A DNA stretch of 64,000 nucleotides from Verrucomicrobiota bacterium (GCA_049511835.1 JBEKXN010000013.1:1058-65057), one strand, 5' to 3'. Positions 1-11,053 are shown, counted from the first letter of the stretch. The notes: generated by a model from the letters alone, not told the origin. A program made the numbers and translations.

Positions 1-356
1 ATCGCGCCATCGGCTCGATCCTAAACGAACATCAAACAGGAAAGGGCCGTGAAAAGGCCGGCCCTGGAATTGTGACATTTTTTCCCACCGCCTGGTTTGT
101 GACTTGGGGTCTGGGAGTCAGGGGTCAGGATTCCCGGCTTGAGGTTTCCGGTTCCCGGATTTTGTGAAAGGGGCGGTCAGGGAATTGTTCCGCGTTCAGT
201 TGCAACGTCAAGCTTGTGGCTTGAACCCATCGGCGCACAGCGCCGACACCACATCACACCCTCAACTCTCAACTTTCAACCCTCAACCACTTCGCTTGTG
301 TTAAAAGTTTGATTTCCGGACGCAATCGTTTTTAATGCGCCGGGTTAAATTTTGAA

Positions 357-1580
357 ATGAACATTCACGAATATCAGGCCAAGCAACTGCTCGCCAGATA
401 CGGCGTCGCCGTCCCGCTGGAAATCCCCGCCCAATCGCCCGACGCAGTCCGCGCCGCAGCGGAAAAAATCACCGCCGGCGGCGGTGCCCACCTGGTCGTC
501 AAATCCCAAATCCATGCCGGCGGACGCGGCAAAGGGACTTTCAAGACTGGTTTTCAAGGCGGCGTGAAGACCGCCGCGTCAGTGGACGAGGCGGTGTCGC
601 ACGCCAGGAACATGTTCGGCAACGTGCTCGTCACCAAACAGACCGGCCCGGATGGTCGCCGCGTGCAGACGCTGCTCATTGCCAGCGGCGCAAAAATCAA
701 AAGGGAATTTTATCTCGCCGTGTTGCTCGATCGCGCCGCGGGCCGGCCGCTCATCATGGCCAGCACCGAAGGCGGCATGGACATCGAGGAGGTCGTGGCC
801 AAAACGCCGGAAAAGATTTTCAAGGAATGGATTGATCCCGCCGTGGGCATCATGCCGTTTCAAGCGCGCAAAATCGCCGCCGCCCTCGAACTCAAGGGCG
901 ATTTGTTCAACGTCGCCGCCAAGTTCGTCACCGGCGTTTTCAACACGTGGTGGGAATGCGACGCCGCGCTCGTGGAGATCAATCCGATGTGCGTCGTTGA
1001 ATTGCCGGACGGCAAGGAAACTGTCGTGGCGCTGGACGCCAAGATTTCGCTCGATGACAACGGTCTTTACCGCCATGCCGACATCCAGGCGATGCGCGAT
1101 TTGAACGAGGAAGCACCGCTGGAAATCGAGGCCAGCAAATTCAACCTGAATTACATCAAGCTCGACGGCAACATCGCCTGCCTTGTCAACGGCGCCGGGC
1201 TGGCGATGGCCACGATGGACATCATCCAGCATTTCGGCGGCCGGCCGGCGAACTTTCTCGACGTGGGCGGCGGCGCGAGCCGGGAACAGGTCGCGGCGGC
1301 GTTCAAAATCATCCTGCAGGACCCGAACGTGAAGGGCATCCTGGTGAACATTTTCGGCGGCATCATGGATTGCAACGTCATCGCCACCGGCATCGTCGCG
1401 GCGGTGAAGGAAACCGGCCTCAAATTGCCGCTCGTTGTCCGGCTGGAAGGCAACAACGTCGTCACCGGCAAAAAAACCCTGGCCGAATCCGGCCTTAAAC
1501 TCATCGCCGCCGATTCGATGGCCGACGCGGCGCAGACGGTGGTGAAGGCGGCGGGGAAAACCGATGATTTGAAGAATTAA
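357..1580 (+). CDS. sucC: succinate--CoA ligase (ADP-forming) beta subunit
   Basis: N-terminus [17 protein letters not shown] is the canonical SucC start. ATP-grasp and CoA-ligase regions run the full length (…[11 protein letters not shown]…GGIMDC…). Confidence 0.97.
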   Translation: MNIHEYQAKQLLARYGVAVPLEIPAQSPDAVRAAAEKITAGGGAHLVVKSQIHAGGRGKGTFKTGFQGGVKTAASVDEAVSHARNMFGNVLVTKQTGPDGRRVQTLLIASGAKIKREFYLAVLLDRAAGRPLIMASTEGGMDIEEVVAKTPEKIFKEWIDPAVGIMPFQARKIAAALELKGDLFNVAAKFVTGVFNTWWECDAALVEINPMCVVELPDGKETVVALDAKISLDDNGLYRHADIQAMRDLNEEAPLEIEASKFNLNYIKLDGNIACLVNGAGLAMATMDIIQHFGGRPANFLDVGGGASREQVAAAFKIILQDPNVKGILVNIFGGIMDCNVIATGIVAAVKETGLKLPLVVRLEGNNVVTGKKTLAESGLKLIAADSMADAAQTVVKAAGKTDDLKN

Positions 1581-1585
1581 GACGC

Positions 1586-1894
1586 ATGTTTCAGGGCAAC
1601 AATGAAAATCCGGGGATGAAAAAGGTCGCGGACGACCTCGAGCCTTATCGTCGGCTGGTGGAATTGCAGAAACAGATGATTGAACTGGCCCAACAACATG
1701 AGCAATCGAAACGCCGGCGCGATGCCCTGCGCGAACAGATGGTGCGCGAGGTCACCGACCGGCGGCCTGTTCGCCGTGGTTTGCGGCATCGTCTGCAACA
1801 CTCGGCGGCAAAACTTTTGAAACGGGTGCCGGGTTTTGCGGCCGGAAAGCCAAACCTCGGAACGCTCAACTACAAACAACCATCGTCATGCTGA
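1586..1894 (+). CDS. hypothetical protein (102 aa, charged, probably helical)
   Basis: ORF lies between sucC and the VOC gene on the same strand. Its end overlaps the next start (1888). No recognisable motif. Confidence 0.4.
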   Translation: MFQGNNENPGMKKVADDLEPYRRLVELQKQMIELAQQHEQSKRRRDALREQMVREVTDRRPVRRGLRHRLQHSAAKLLKRVPGFAAGKPNLGTLNYKQPSSC

Positions 1895-2262
1895 AAGTCA
1901 TCGAAATCGCGTTCAGTTGCTACCCCGTCATCGACATGGCACGGGCGCGGAAGTTCTACGAAAGCGTGCTCGGTCTGAAACCCACCTCCACCGCCGGTGA
2001 ACCCGGTGGGATGCAGTGGACCGAGTACGACATCGCCAGCGGCACTCTTTCCCTTGGTTGCGGCGCACTGGATTGGAAGCCGCGGCCGGACGGCTGTTCC
2101 GTTGGTCTGGAAGTGGAAGATTTCGACGCGGCCATCGCGCACCTGCGCGCAAACAGCGTGAAGTTCCGGATGGAGCCTTTCTCCACGCCCGTCTGCCGCA
2201 TGGCCATGATTTCCGATCCCGACGGCAACACAATTTGCATTCACAAGCGGAACAAATCGTAA
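1888..2262 (+). CDS. VOC (glyoxalase/bleomycin-resistance/dioxygenase) family protein
   Basis: 124 aa with a VOC-like pattern (…FYESVLGLK…, …DPDGNTICI…). Confidence 0.8.
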   Translation: MLKVIEIAFSCYPVIDMARARKFYESVLGLKPTSTAGEPGGMQWTEYDIASGTLSLGCGALDWKPRPDGCSVGLEVEDFDAAIAHLRANSVKFRMEPFSTPVCRMAMISDPDGNTICIHKRNKS

Positions 2263-2290
2263 ATCGGCAATCGTAAATCGTAAATTTATC

Positions 2291-3190
2291 ATGTCCATTC
2301 TCGTCAAGCCCGACACCAAAGTCCTCGTCCAGGGCATTACCGGCAGCTTCGGCGCGCGGCACGCGCAGCTCTCGATTGACTACGGCACGCAGGTCGTCGC
2401 CGGCGTCACTCCCGGCAAGGGCGGCCAGGTTTTTGAGCACGGCGGAAAGAAAATCCCCATTTTCGACACGGTCGCCGCGGCGGTGAAACAAACCGGCGCG
2501 ACGGCTTCCGCCGTTTTTGTTCCGGCCGCCTTTGCCGCCGACGCGATTCTCGAAGGCGCGGATGCCGGGCTGGAACTGGTGGTAGCCATTACCGAAGGCA
2601 TCCCGGTTCGCGACATGATTCGCGTAAAGCGCGCGTTGCAAGGCCGCGCGACGCGGCTCATCGGCCCGAATTGTCCCGGCATCGTTACGCCCGGTGAGGG
2701 AAAAGATTCCCACGGTGGCTGCCGCATCGGCATCGCACCCGGCTATATCCATAAAAAAGGCCACATTGGCGTCGTTTCGCGCAGCGGCACGCTGACTTAT
2801 GAAGCCGTCTGGCAACTCACCACCCGCGGCGCGGGTCAAAGCACGTGCATCGGCATCGGCGGCGACCCGGTTCCCGGGCTCTCGCATCTCGATGTGATCA
2901 AGCTGTTCAATGACGATCCGGACACGCACGGCATTCTTATCATCGGTGAGATTGGCGGCAGCGCCGAAGAAGAAGCCGCCCGGTGGATCAGGAAAAATTG
3001 CAAAAAACCGGTGGCTGGATTCATCGCCGGGGCGACGGCGCCGCCCGGACGCCGCATGGGCCACGCGGGCGCCATCATCAGTGGCGGCGAAGGCACGGCG
3101 GAGGCAAAAATCGCGGCGTTCAAAGCCGCGGGCATCGGCGTCGCCGCCACGCCATCGGAAATGGCGGATACATTGCTCAAGATGGTGTGA
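2291..3190 (+). CDS. sucD: succinate--CoA ligase alpha subunit
   Basis: [21 protein letters not shown]…, GPNCPGI, and a phosphohistidine loop MGHAGAI. Confidence 0.97.
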   Translation: MSILVKPDTKVLVQGITGSFGARHAQLSIDYGTQVVAGVTPGKGGQVFEHGGKKIPIFDTVAAAVKQTGATASAVFVPAAFAADAILEGADAGLELVVAITEGIPVRDMIRVKRALQGRATRLIGPNCPGIVTPGEGKDSHGGCRIGIAPGYIHKKGHIGVVSRSGTLTYEAVWQLTTRGAGQSTCIGIGGDPVPGLSHLDVIKLFNDDPDTHGILIIGEIGGSAEEEAARWIRKNCKKPVAGFIAGATAPPGRRMGHAGAIISGGEGTAEAKIAAFKAAGIGVAATPSEMADTLLKMV

Positions 3191-3199
3191 TTCTTTGTA

Positions 3200-3228
3200 G
3201 CCGCGCTCGTGAGAGCGCGGCCATTTTC
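3200..3228 (+). terminator. putative rho-independent terminator after sucD
   Basis: Stem gccgcgctc / gagcgcggc with loop gtga, followed by a T-rich tract (cattttccc). It is also part of a larger gtagccgcg…cgcggctac palindrome. Confidence 0.45.
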
Positions 3229-3314
3229 CCGCGTTGTCACCAACGCGGCTACAAGCCGCAACGCTCGATCCTTGCTTGACGAAACACGCGACACGTAATA
3301 CGCATCACGTTTTC

Positions 3315-4169
3315 ATGGCCCTGATTGACTTCATTCTGAACCTGGCGGGCTTGTTGCTGTGGCTGAACTGGCGTTCGGTCCGCTTCGATCCGCTCGGCAG
3401 ACGGACGCCGGCGACGTTGATCGGCACACTGCGGCGGGCCGAGCCGCGGCGTTTGCGACGATGGCATTTGCTGGCGGCGCTGGGCGGGCTGTTGTTGCTG
3501 CGCGCAGGAATTTACTGGCAGATCGGTTCGGCGGCGAACTGGGCGGGAAAATTGGATTTGGGCATCACCGCGCTTTCGTTTTCCAGCAATTTATCCGGGC
3601 CGATGTTGTCGTTTCTACGAATGCTGTTGTTTTCGATTTTCAGTTTCGGGCTGATGCTCGGTGTGTTTTATCTCTGGCTGCTGCTGCTTTCCATCCTGGC
3701 CGGGCCGGAACCCCTGCCTTTTCATCGTCTGGTGCGAATGCCCCTGGGCGGTATTGATCGCTGGGCGCGCTGGTCAAAATTTCTCCTGCCGCTGATTGTC
3801 ATGTCGGTTTTTTGGTGGCTGGCGAGCTGGCTGCTGGCCTGGCTGCAAGTCATTCCCCCACCCGTCTCGCCGGCCCATCGCATCGAAGAATCGCTGGTCA
3901 TTGGGCTGGGCAGTTATCTGACGTGGAAATATCTCGCCGGCGCGCTGCTCGTCCTGCATCTGTTGAACAGTTACATTTACTTCGGCAAACATTCGTTCTG
4001 GGGTTATGTGAATGCCGAAGCGCAGACCTTGTTGTCGCCCTTGCGCGCGGTGCCGCTGCGGGTGGGCAAGGTGGATTTTGCGCCGGTCGTGGGAATTGTG
4101 CTGGTGTTTCTGGTGGCCGAACTGGCCGGGCGCGGACTGGTTTTGCTCTACGGGAAACTGCCGTTCTGA
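3315..4169 (+). CDS. polytopic membrane protein, function unknown
   Basis: Start chosen at internal ATG 3315 (MALIDFILNLAGLLLWLNW). Multiple hydrophobic segments. Confidence 0.6.
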   Translation: MALIDFILNLAGLLLWLNWRSVRFDPLGRRTPATLIGTLRRAEPRRLRRWHLLAALGGLLLLRAGIYWQIGSAANWAGKLDLGITALSFSSNLSGPMLSFLRMLLFSIFSFGLMLGVFYLWLLLLSILAGPEPLPFHRLVRMPLGGIDRWARWSKFLLPLIVMSVFWWLASWLLAWLQVIPPPVSPAHRIEESLVIGLGSYLTWKYLAGALLVLHLLNSYIYFGKHSFWGYVNAEAQTLLSPLRAVPLRVGKVDFAPVVGIVLVFLVAELAGRGLVLLYGKLPF

Positions 4170-4184
4170 AGTTTTATCGTCCCA

Positions 4185-5294
4185 TCACGCAGGCACCTCG
4201 GTCTTTGCCTTGGGGAATTTGGCTGAGATGACCGCGCCCATGTTCGGCTCACTGACAATGGAAAGCGTGCCGCCGTGCAAGGCAACGAGCCGCTTGGCGA
4301 TGACCAGGCCAAGCCCCAGCCCTTGCTGCTCCTGCATCGTGCGGTCGAATTGCATATAAGCGCCGACGCGCGTGATTTGCTCGGTGGTAAATCCGCGACC
4401 CTGATCACTGATGGCCAGGGTAATGGTGTTGAACGCCTCGTTCAGCGACAAGCGAACGGCTGAGCCGGGATCGGAAAACTTGAAGGCGTTTTGCGTGAGT
4501 TCATCCACCACCTTGCTGAGATATTCCTCGGCCATCGGCAAGGGAATGTCCGCCAGCTCGAAGGACAAATCCGGGGAACGATTCACGAGCGCGGCCTGGG
4601 CGGAGGCATGCTTCTCCAGCAGCGCAGCGGGATGTTCCGTCCGGCCGAGACGCAGGGCATTGATGTTTTTCGGGTCGGCGGCAATCAATTCCAGCTGCGC
4701 GTAAATCAAAAAGTTTTCGATGAGCCGCTCCAGCCGCTTGCCGGACTGGTGAACGACATGGCCCATTTCGGCAATTTCGGCGGGTTTGAGTTTGGCGGCG
4801 TCGGCGGCGAGAATTTCGCCGTAGGCGAGAATGCCGTTGAGCGGCGTGCGCAACTCGTGCGGCAGCATCAGGCTGATGTTGTCACGCAAATGGGCGAGCT
4901 TGCGCTCGGCTTCATCGCGCACGGTCTGGGCTTTCTTCAGGCGCGCATCCACGGCGGCGTAAAGCCCATCGGTGGTGAAAGGTTTCGGCAGGTAATCGTC
5001 GGCTCCCAATTCCATGCCATGCCGCATGCCCGCGTTGTCGGCGAGGCCGGTCATGAGGATGAACGGAATGGAGGCCGTGGGCGCTTCCGTCCGCAACGAG
5101 GACAGGGTCAGGTAACCGTCCACTTTTTCCATGTTTACGTCGCAGAGGATGAGGTCAGGCAATTCTTTGCGCGCTTTTTCGATGCCATCCGCGCCATTGA
5201 CGGCTTCGATGACTTCAAAGCCTTTTTGCTTCAGCGCCAGATAAATCATCTCGCGCAGCCACTCCTCGTCGTCTATGACCAAAATTTTCTTCAT
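4185..5294 (-). CDS. hybrid response-regulator / histidine kinase
   Basis: N-terminal receiver domain (KILVIDDE…DLILCDVNM…), HisKA H-box (SLMLPHELRTPLNGI), and a C-terminal HATPase_c domain (…DQGRGF…GLGLGLVIAKRL). Confidence 0.9.
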   Translation of the reverse strand: MKKILVIDDEEWLREMIYLALKQKGFEVIEAVNGADGIEKARKELPDLILCDVNMEKVDGYLTLSSLRTEAPTASIPFILMTGLADNAGMRHGMELGADDYLPKPFTTDGLYAAVDARLKKAQTVRDEAERKLAHLRDNISLMLPHELRTPLNGILAYGEILAADAAKLKPAEIAEMGHVVHQSGKRLERLIENFLIYAQLELIAADPKNINALRLGRTEHPAALLEKHASAQAALVNRSPDLSFELADIPLPMAEEYLSKVVDELTQNAFKFSDPGSAVRLSLNEAFNTITLAISDQGRGFTTEQITRVGAYMQFDRTMQEQQGLGLGLVIAKRLVALHGGTLSIVSEPNMGAVISAKFPKAKTEVPA

Positions 5295-5400
5295 GGCATT
5301 TGGCTCCTGAAATGAGCAGGATTTATGCCTTTCCGCAAGCGATGTTGTTGTCGAATCTTGAAGCCAAAATCAGAAAACACAACGCCTATTTACTCTGCAT

Positions 5401-6720
5401 TTACTTGCGTTCCGCCATGGGCACGAAATGGTTGAGCGTGCGCCCGGTGTAAATCTGCCGCGGCCGATAGATGCGGCTTTTCGACTCATCCATGATTTCC
5501 TTGTAATTCGCAATCCAGCCGGGCATCCGCCCAATCCCAAAAATCACGGGGAACATTTCCCCCGGTATGCCGAGCGCGCGCATGATGATGCCGCTGTAAA
5601 AATCCACGTTCGGATACAGCTTCCGTTCGATGAAATACGGGTCCTTGAGCGCCGCCGCCTCCAAATGCTTGGCGATGTCCAACAACGGGTCATTGAAGTT
5701 CAATTTGGACAAAACGTCGTCGCAGGCTTTCTTGATGATTTTGGCGCGCGGGTCGTAATTCTTGTAGACGCGGTGGCCGAAGCCCATGAGTCTTTTGCCG
5801 CTGTTTTTGTCCTTCGCCGCCTTGATGAATTTCGAGCCGTCGTCGTTCTCGCGGTGAATCTCTTCCAACATCTCGATCACCGCCTGGTTCGCGCCGCCAT
5901 GCAACGGCCCCCACAACGCGCACACGCCCGCGGCGCAACTGGCGAACAGGTTCGCCTGGCTCGACGCCACCATGCGCACGGTGGACGTGGAGCAATTTTG
6001 CTCGTGGTCCGCGTGCAGCAGGAAAATCAAGTCGAGCGCCTTGACGACTTCCGGTTTCAATTCTAAATCCTCGTACGGCATCGAGAACAGCATGTGCAGG
6101 AAGTTCGCCGTGTATTTGTAGGCCTTCTTCGGGTAAATCAAGGGCAGCCCGCGCGACTTGCGATAGGAATACGCCGCAATCGTCCGCACCTGCGAAATCA
6201 GCCGGGCCACATACAAGTCAAAATCCCTGGTCTCGCCCCATTTCCAGGACATCAGGCGCTCGTCGAAGCAGCTCGCCGCGTTGATCATCGCCGAAAGAAT
6301 CGCCATCGGATGCGCGCCCGTCGGAAAACCCTCGAAATGAAACTTCATGTCTTCGTGCAGAAACTGGTTGTCGGTGAGCAAATCCGAAAAACGTCTCAAC
6401 TGCGCGCGGTTCGGCAGGTCGCCGTAAATGATGAGATACGCCGTCTCGATGAAGTTGGATTTCTCCGCCAGTTCTTCGATGGGAATGCCCCGATATTGCA
6501 AAATCCCCTTTTCACCGTCAATGAACGTGATTTTGCTGACGCACGAACCCGTGTTGCTGTAGCCGTCGTCCAGCGTGATGTAGCCCGTGTTCGCGCGCAG
6601 CGATGAAACATCCACCGCCTTTTCACCTTCGCTGCCTTCGACCGTCGGCAGCGTATAAACTTTCCCGTCCAACTCCAGCTTTGCCTCTTTGCTCATGTGC
6701 TCCTTTTTCGATTTCGGCAT
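5401..6720 (-). CDS. gltA: citrate synthase
   Basis: Full-length match to the citrate synthase pattern (…LHADHEQNCSTSTVR…GFGHRVYKNYDPRA…). An alternative start lies at MSKEAKLEL. Confidence 0.97.
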   Translation of the reverse strand: MPKSKKEHMSKEAKLELDGKVYTLPTVEGSEGEKAVDVSSLRANTGYITLDDGYSNTGSCVSKITFIDGEKGILQYRGIPIEELAEKSNFIETAYLIIYGDLPNRAQLRRFSDLLTDNQFLHEDMKFHFEGFPTGAHPMAILSAMINAASCFDERLMSWKWGETRDFDLYVARLISQVRTIAAYSYRKSRGLPLIYPKKAYKYTANFLHMLFSMPYEDLELKPEVVKALDLIFLLHADHEQNCSTSTVRMVASSQANLFASCAAGVCALWGPLHGGANQAVIEMLEEIHRENDDGSKFIKAAKDKNSGKRLMGFGHRVYKNYDPRAKIIKKACDDVLSKLNFNDPLLDIAKHLEAAALKDPYFIERKLYPNVDFYSGIIMRALGIPGEMFPVIFGIGRMPGWIANYKEIMDESKSRIYRPRQIYTGRTLNHFVPMAERK

Positions 6721-6851
6721 TTAATGCCCGTTTGGGAAAGTTTGCTGGGAAATGAAAATGTTGGCAAGACACGAAAACAACATTTCACAAAAAATTTGAC
6801 GCGCCGATTTCACTGGCGCGGTGTTGAACTTCGTGGCCAAATTGAAAAACC

Positions 6852-7628
6852 ATGAAACGCTGGGCCGCACTCACCGTCCTGCTTTACGCCGTTGCGTTGT
6901 TGTTGCTGACCGTGCCGGTTCTGTTGATTGCCTTCGGCGGATGGGGGAAAAACAACGACAACAAGGGACTTCACGAAACACTGCAAATCTATTCGGAGTG
7001 GGGCTACTGGCTCTGGTTCGCCGTTCTTGTTGCCGGACAGGCACTGCTCCTGTTGCTGCCAATCAATATCGCCGAACGCCGGCTGCCCGCGCGACGCCCA
7101 CTGCAAATTCCTGTTATTGTGACCGCATTTTTTCTGGCCAACCTTTTTCTAGCCGGAATTTTTTCCCTGCTTTGTGCAATAATCAAGGATGCCGCTTTCG
7201 AGGTTTTTGACCTGCCAAACTTGTTTCTCAAAATCGCAAACGCCCTGAATCACAACCAGGCGAAAAATGTGTCCGGTTCCGATTGGCAATCCGATTTGAG
7301 CATCTTTGTTCCCGTTCTCGTCTTCTGGTTGATCTGGGCGATTATTTTCCGTCGCGCCACCAAATCGGACGAACCCGACGCACTCCTCAAACGCGCCATG
7401 CGCTGGCTCCTGCGCGGCAGCATCCTTGAACTCCTTATCGCCGTGCCCAGCCACGTCATCGCCCGCCGCCGCGACGATTGCTGCGCGCCCGCCGGCACGT
7501 TCTGGGGCATTGCCACCGGCATCTCCGTCATGCTGCTCTGCTTCGGCCCCGGCGTGTTTTTTCTGTTCGTCGAACGCTGCCAACGGCTGCAACCAAAATC
7601 CACAAGCATGGATAAATTGGCAAACTGA
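6852..7628 (+). CDS. membrane protein, function unknown
   Basis: 258 aa with several TM segments. No recognisable catalytic motif. Confidence 0.6.
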   Translation: MKRWAALTVLLYAVALLLLTVPVLLIAFGGWGKNNDNKGLHETLQIYSEWGYWLWFAVLVAGQALLLLLPINIAERRLPARRPLQIPVIVTAFFLANLFLAGIFSLLCAIIKDAAFEVFDLPNLFLKIANALNHNQAKNVSGSDWQSDLSIFVPVLVFWLIWAIIFRRATKSDEPDALLKRAMRWLLRGSILELLIAVPSHVIARRRDDCCAPAGTFWGIATGISVMLLCFGPGVFFLFVERCQRLQPKSTSMDKLAN

Positions 7629-7656
7629 ATTGATACGTCTCGGCGAAATGACCGAA

Positions 7657-7811
7657 GCGCCGTAGGCGCGACATAATTGTAGAAACCCGCTACAAAGCAA
7701 ATTCAAGCTCCGTCAGGAGCGGCATCTTCTGTTCGGGGAAAACATGTCGCTCCTGACGGAGCTTTTTAATTTTGTCTGGACTAAACTACAACGATGTCGC
7801 GCCTACGGCGC
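7657..7811. repeat. MITE-like palindromic element, copy 1 of 3
   Basis: Terminal inverted repeats gcgccgtaggcgcgacat / atgtcgcgcctacggcgc and an internal hairpin agctccgtcaggagcggcat…atgtcgctcctgacggagct. Related copies at 49118..49257 and 50930..51070. Confidence 0.75.
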
Positions 7812-7939
7812 TCGATGCGGTGTTTCTTTCGATTCAAGAAGGCGCTGGACAGAAACTTAAACGCGAAATACAGTCGCAACGATTAAATGAGACAGGTTGC
7901 AAACAGCGCCGCCTGCTCGATGTTAGGCAGCATCACGCG

Positions 7940-8287
7940 ATGAAAACATTGTACAAACTTTTTGCCATTCTCGGAATCGCGTGGGCAGTTTTGATACATC
8001 CATTCTTGTTTCTTCAAGCGATTGGAGACCAGCAGACGAGGAGAATTGAGGCACTTGAGGCTGTTACACGTAGCTGGATGGGGCCTGGCCGTATCACCAA
8101 TGGTGTGGCGAGCATATCAGAAGATAATGCGAGGACTTATGTGCAGAGGACGCACGAAGTTGCGGAGGCATACAACCGATGTTCGGTGACGTATTGGGTT
8201 ATCAGTTGGGTTTCATCTGCGTTTATCATCACGTTGTCTATTTGTGCATTGAAAGCTGGCAAGAAAGATGAGCACCATGCTGCCTAA
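7940..8287 (+). CDS. small membrane protein, function unknown
   Basis: Start moved to ATG 7940 (MKTLYKLFAILGIAWAVL) because the upstream part of the ORF is read out of the MITE. Region looks AT-richer. Confidence 0.45.
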   Translation: MKTLYKLFAILGIAWAVLIHPFLFLQAIGDQQTRRIEALEAVTRSWMGPGRITNGVASISEDNARTYVQRTHEVAEAYNRCSVTYWVISWVSSAFIITLSICALKAGKKDEHHAA

Positions 8288-8457
8288 TACCCAGACAGGC
8301 TGCAAATTGCCTTCGCCAATTTCGCGTCCTTTCCGCCTTCGCTTCCGTCTTCACTGCGTTGCGACGCGACCAGCCGCTTCGGCGCGACAAGCGCGCGGCG
8401 TCCAATAAATTTCCGCTTTAGCTTTCGCGCGCCGCAGCTTAACTTTCGCGCAGGCAA

Positions 8458-9933
8458 ATGGCTTTAAAACTGTTCAACACGCTCTCGCGCTCAATCCAAG
8501 AGTTCGCGCCGCTCGCTCCCCCCAAAGTCGGCATGTATTGCTGTGGACCGACCGTCTATGACTTCGCCCACATCGGCAACTGGCGCACGTTTGTCTTCGG
8601 CGATCTCGTCCGCCGCTATCTTGAATTCAGGGGCTATGCCGTCACGCACGTGATGAACATCACGGATGTGGAGGACAAAATCATCAAACACGTCCGCTTG
8701 TCGCGCCAAAGTGGAACGACGGCGGAGGAAAACAAAACTTCTCTCCGCGAATTCACCGGCAAATACGAAGCCGCGTTTTTTGAGGACTTGAAAACGTTGA
8801 ATTGCCGCCTGCCCCACCACACGCCGCACGCCACCGAACACATCACCGATATCATTTCACTCATCGAAAAACTGGTCCAACGCGGCATTGCTTACAAAGC
8901 GGCGGACGGTTCGGTTTATTTCAGCATCGAAAAATACCGCGGCTGTGGCTGCACCTACGGCCAGTTGCTCAAGCTCAATTTCGACGAAATGAAGACGGGC
9001 GAACGCGTCAAAAGCGACGAATACGCCAAGGAATCCGTCGCCGACTTCGCGCTCTGGAAGGCGCGCGTGCCGGAGGACGGCGACGTTTTCTGGCCCAGTC
9101 CGTGGGGCGAAGGCCGTCCCGGCTGGCACATTGAGTGCAGTGCGATGAGCACGAAAATTCTCGGCCCGAGCTTTGATTTGCATCTCGGCGGCGAAGACCT
9201 GATTTTTCCGCATCACGAGGATGAAATCGCCCAAAGCGAAGGCGCGACCGGCAAGCCGTTCGTGAAATACTGGCTCCACGGCGCGCACCTGCTCGTCGAG
9301 GGCAAAAAAATGAGCAAGTCGCTCGGCAATTTTTTTACGCTGCGCGATTTGCTGGCAAAAGGTTTCACCGGCCGCGAAATCCGTTATTCGTTGCTCACCG
9401 CGCATTACCGCGAGACATTCAATTTCACGCTCGAAGGTTTGTCGGGCGCGCGCACCGCGCTGGCACGGATTGACGAATGCCTCGGCAAGTTGCGCGAAAT
9501 TGCTAACCAACCCCTCACCCGTCCTGCGGACACCCTCTCCCCGCCCGGCGGGGAGAGGGCCGGGGCGAGGGGCACGTCAAAATTAATTTCCGATTTCACC
9601 GCCGCGCTGAACGATGACCTGAACATTTCCGCCGCCTGGGCCACCGTATTTGAATGGGTGCGCGAAACCAACAAACGCATCGCCGAAAATTCATTGAGCG
9701 CAACCGACGCGGCTTTCGCGCTGGCCGTGTGGGATAAGGTTGATTCCGTGCTCGGAATCGGCACAAAATCAGGGGCGGAAATTCCCGCTAATATCCTGGC
9801 ACTCGCCGAAGCGCGGACCGCCGCGAAGAAAGCGAAGGATTTCAAACGTGCCGACGCGATCCGCGACGAATTGAAGGCCAAAGGCTGGGTCATTGAAGAC
9901 ACGCCCAAAGGCCCAAAGTTGAAGAAACTTTGA
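8458..9933 (+). CDS. cysS: cysteine--tRNA ligase
   Basis: HIGN motif ([10 protein letters not shown]), KMSKS motif ([11 protein letters not shown]), zinc-binding region, and a C-terminal DALR-type domain. Confidence 0.97.
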   Translation: MALKLFNTLSRSIQEFAPLAPPKVGMYCCGPTVYDFAHIGNWRTFVFGDLVRRYLEFRGYAVTHVMNITDVEDKIIKHVRLSRQSGTTAEENKTSLREFTGKYEAAFFEDLKTLNCRLPHHTPHATEHITDIISLIEKLVQRGIAYKAADGSVYFSIEKYRGCGCTYGQLLKLNFDEMKTGERVKSDEYAKESVADFALWKARVPEDGDVFWPSPWGEGRPGWHIECSAMSTKILGPSFDLHLGGEDLIFPHHEDEIAQSEGATGKPFVKYWLHGAHLLVEGKKMSKSLGNFFTLRDLLAKGFTGREIRYSLLTAHYRETFNFTLEGLSGARTALARIDECLGKLREIANQPLTRPADTLSPPGGERAGARGTSKLISDFTAALNDDLNISAAWATVFEWVRETNKRIAENSLSATDAAFALAVWDKVDSVLGIGTKSGAEIPANILALAEARTAAKKAKDFKRADAIRDELKAKGWVIEDTPKGPKLKKL

Positions 9934-10023
9934 ACCACAAAACACACGAAAGACACAAAATCAAAATCCGTTTTTTTCTTTTTTCTTTTGCCCAGCGCGT
10001 AAATCATAAATCGTAAATCAAAA

Positions 10024-10680
10024 ATGGCAAAAAGCCTGTTCATCACCTTTGAAGGCACGGAAGGCTGCGGCAAATCCACGCAGGTGGAGCTGCTGGCCGA
10101 ACGGCTGCGCGCACTGGGACATCGCGTGCGCGTGTTGCGCGAACCGGGTGGCACACCCATCGGCGAGGAAATCCGCCACACGCTCAAGCACAGCAAGGTG
10201 AACGTGACCATGACTTACGAAACCGAATTGCTGTTAATGAATGCCAGCCGGGCGCAACTCGTCCGCGAAACCATTCGCCCGGCGCTGGCCGTCGGTGAAA
10301 TTGTTTTGTGCGACCGTTTTTACGATTCGACGACGGCGTATCAGGGATACGGGCGCGGGTTGGACCTGGCGCTGGTCAAGAGTGTGATTGACTTTGCCGT
10401 CGGCGATACGCGGCCGAACCTGACCTTGCTGCTGCACGTACCGCCGGAAGTCAGCGCCGAACGCCTGCAATCGCGCCAATCCACCCTGCCCTTTGTCCGC
10501 GACCGGCTTGAGGAGGGGGACAGATATTTCTTTGAGCGCGTGGCCAAGGGTTACGAAGCCATCGCCGCCGCCGAATCGGATCGGGTGCGGGTGGTGAGCG
10601 GCACGGGCGCAATTGAAGTCGTCTGCGAAAACATCTGGGAACTGGTCCGACCGGTTCTGCCGCGCATCGGACGCTGGTGA
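10024..10680 (+). CDS. tmk: dTMP (thymidylate) kinase
   Basis: FITFEGTEGCGKSTQ P-loop and a DRF…S..AYQG motif. Confidence 0.95.
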   Translation: MAKSLFITFEGTEGCGKSTQVELLAERLRALGHRVRVLREPGGTPIGEEIRHTLKHSKVNVTMTYETELLLMNASRAQLVRETIRPALAVGEIVLCDRFYDSTTAYQGYGRGLDLALVKSVIDFAVGDTRPNLTLLLHVPPEVSAERLQSRQSTLPFVRDRLEEGDRYFFERVAKGYEAIAAAESDRVRVVSGTGAIEVVCENIWELVRPVLPRIGRW

Positions 10681-10720
10681 ACGCGCTTGCTGAATTTTCA
10701 ACAGTGAATACTTTTACAAC

Positions 10721-11053
10721 ATGATTGAAAAAACGATTGGCGAAATTGAGGCAAAAATCCGCGGCGCGGACGCCGTGAACGAAGAGCGTAAACGCGAACT
10801 GCTCCAGTTGCTCGGCACGCTCAAGTCCGAGGTCAGCACGCTGGCGAAAACGCACGATGAACAGGCCAGAAGCATCGCGGGCTTCGCGCAGGTTTCCGCG
10901 CACGAAGCCACGCGCACCAAGCAAAATCCGCAATCACTTCACCATTCGCTTCAGGGTTTGCGTTCGTCGGTGGATGGCTTCGAGAAATCGAATCCCCGGC
11001 TCGTCCAAATCGTCAACGCCATCAGCAATATCCTGTCGAATTTGGGGATTTAG
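10721..11053 (+). CDS. DUF4404-like small protein
   Basis: 110 aa helical protein ending …ISNILSNLGI. Family recalled from memory and not verified. Confidence 0.55.
   Translation: MIEKTIGEIEAKIRGADAVNEERKRELLQLLGTLKSEVSTLAKTHDEQARSIAGFAQVSAHEATRTKQNPQSLHHSLQGLRSSVDGFEKSNPRLVQIVNAISNILSNLGI

Noticed and set aside
1928-3064. 378-aa ORF on the - strand
   Set aside because: Antisense shadow of sucD and the VOC gene.
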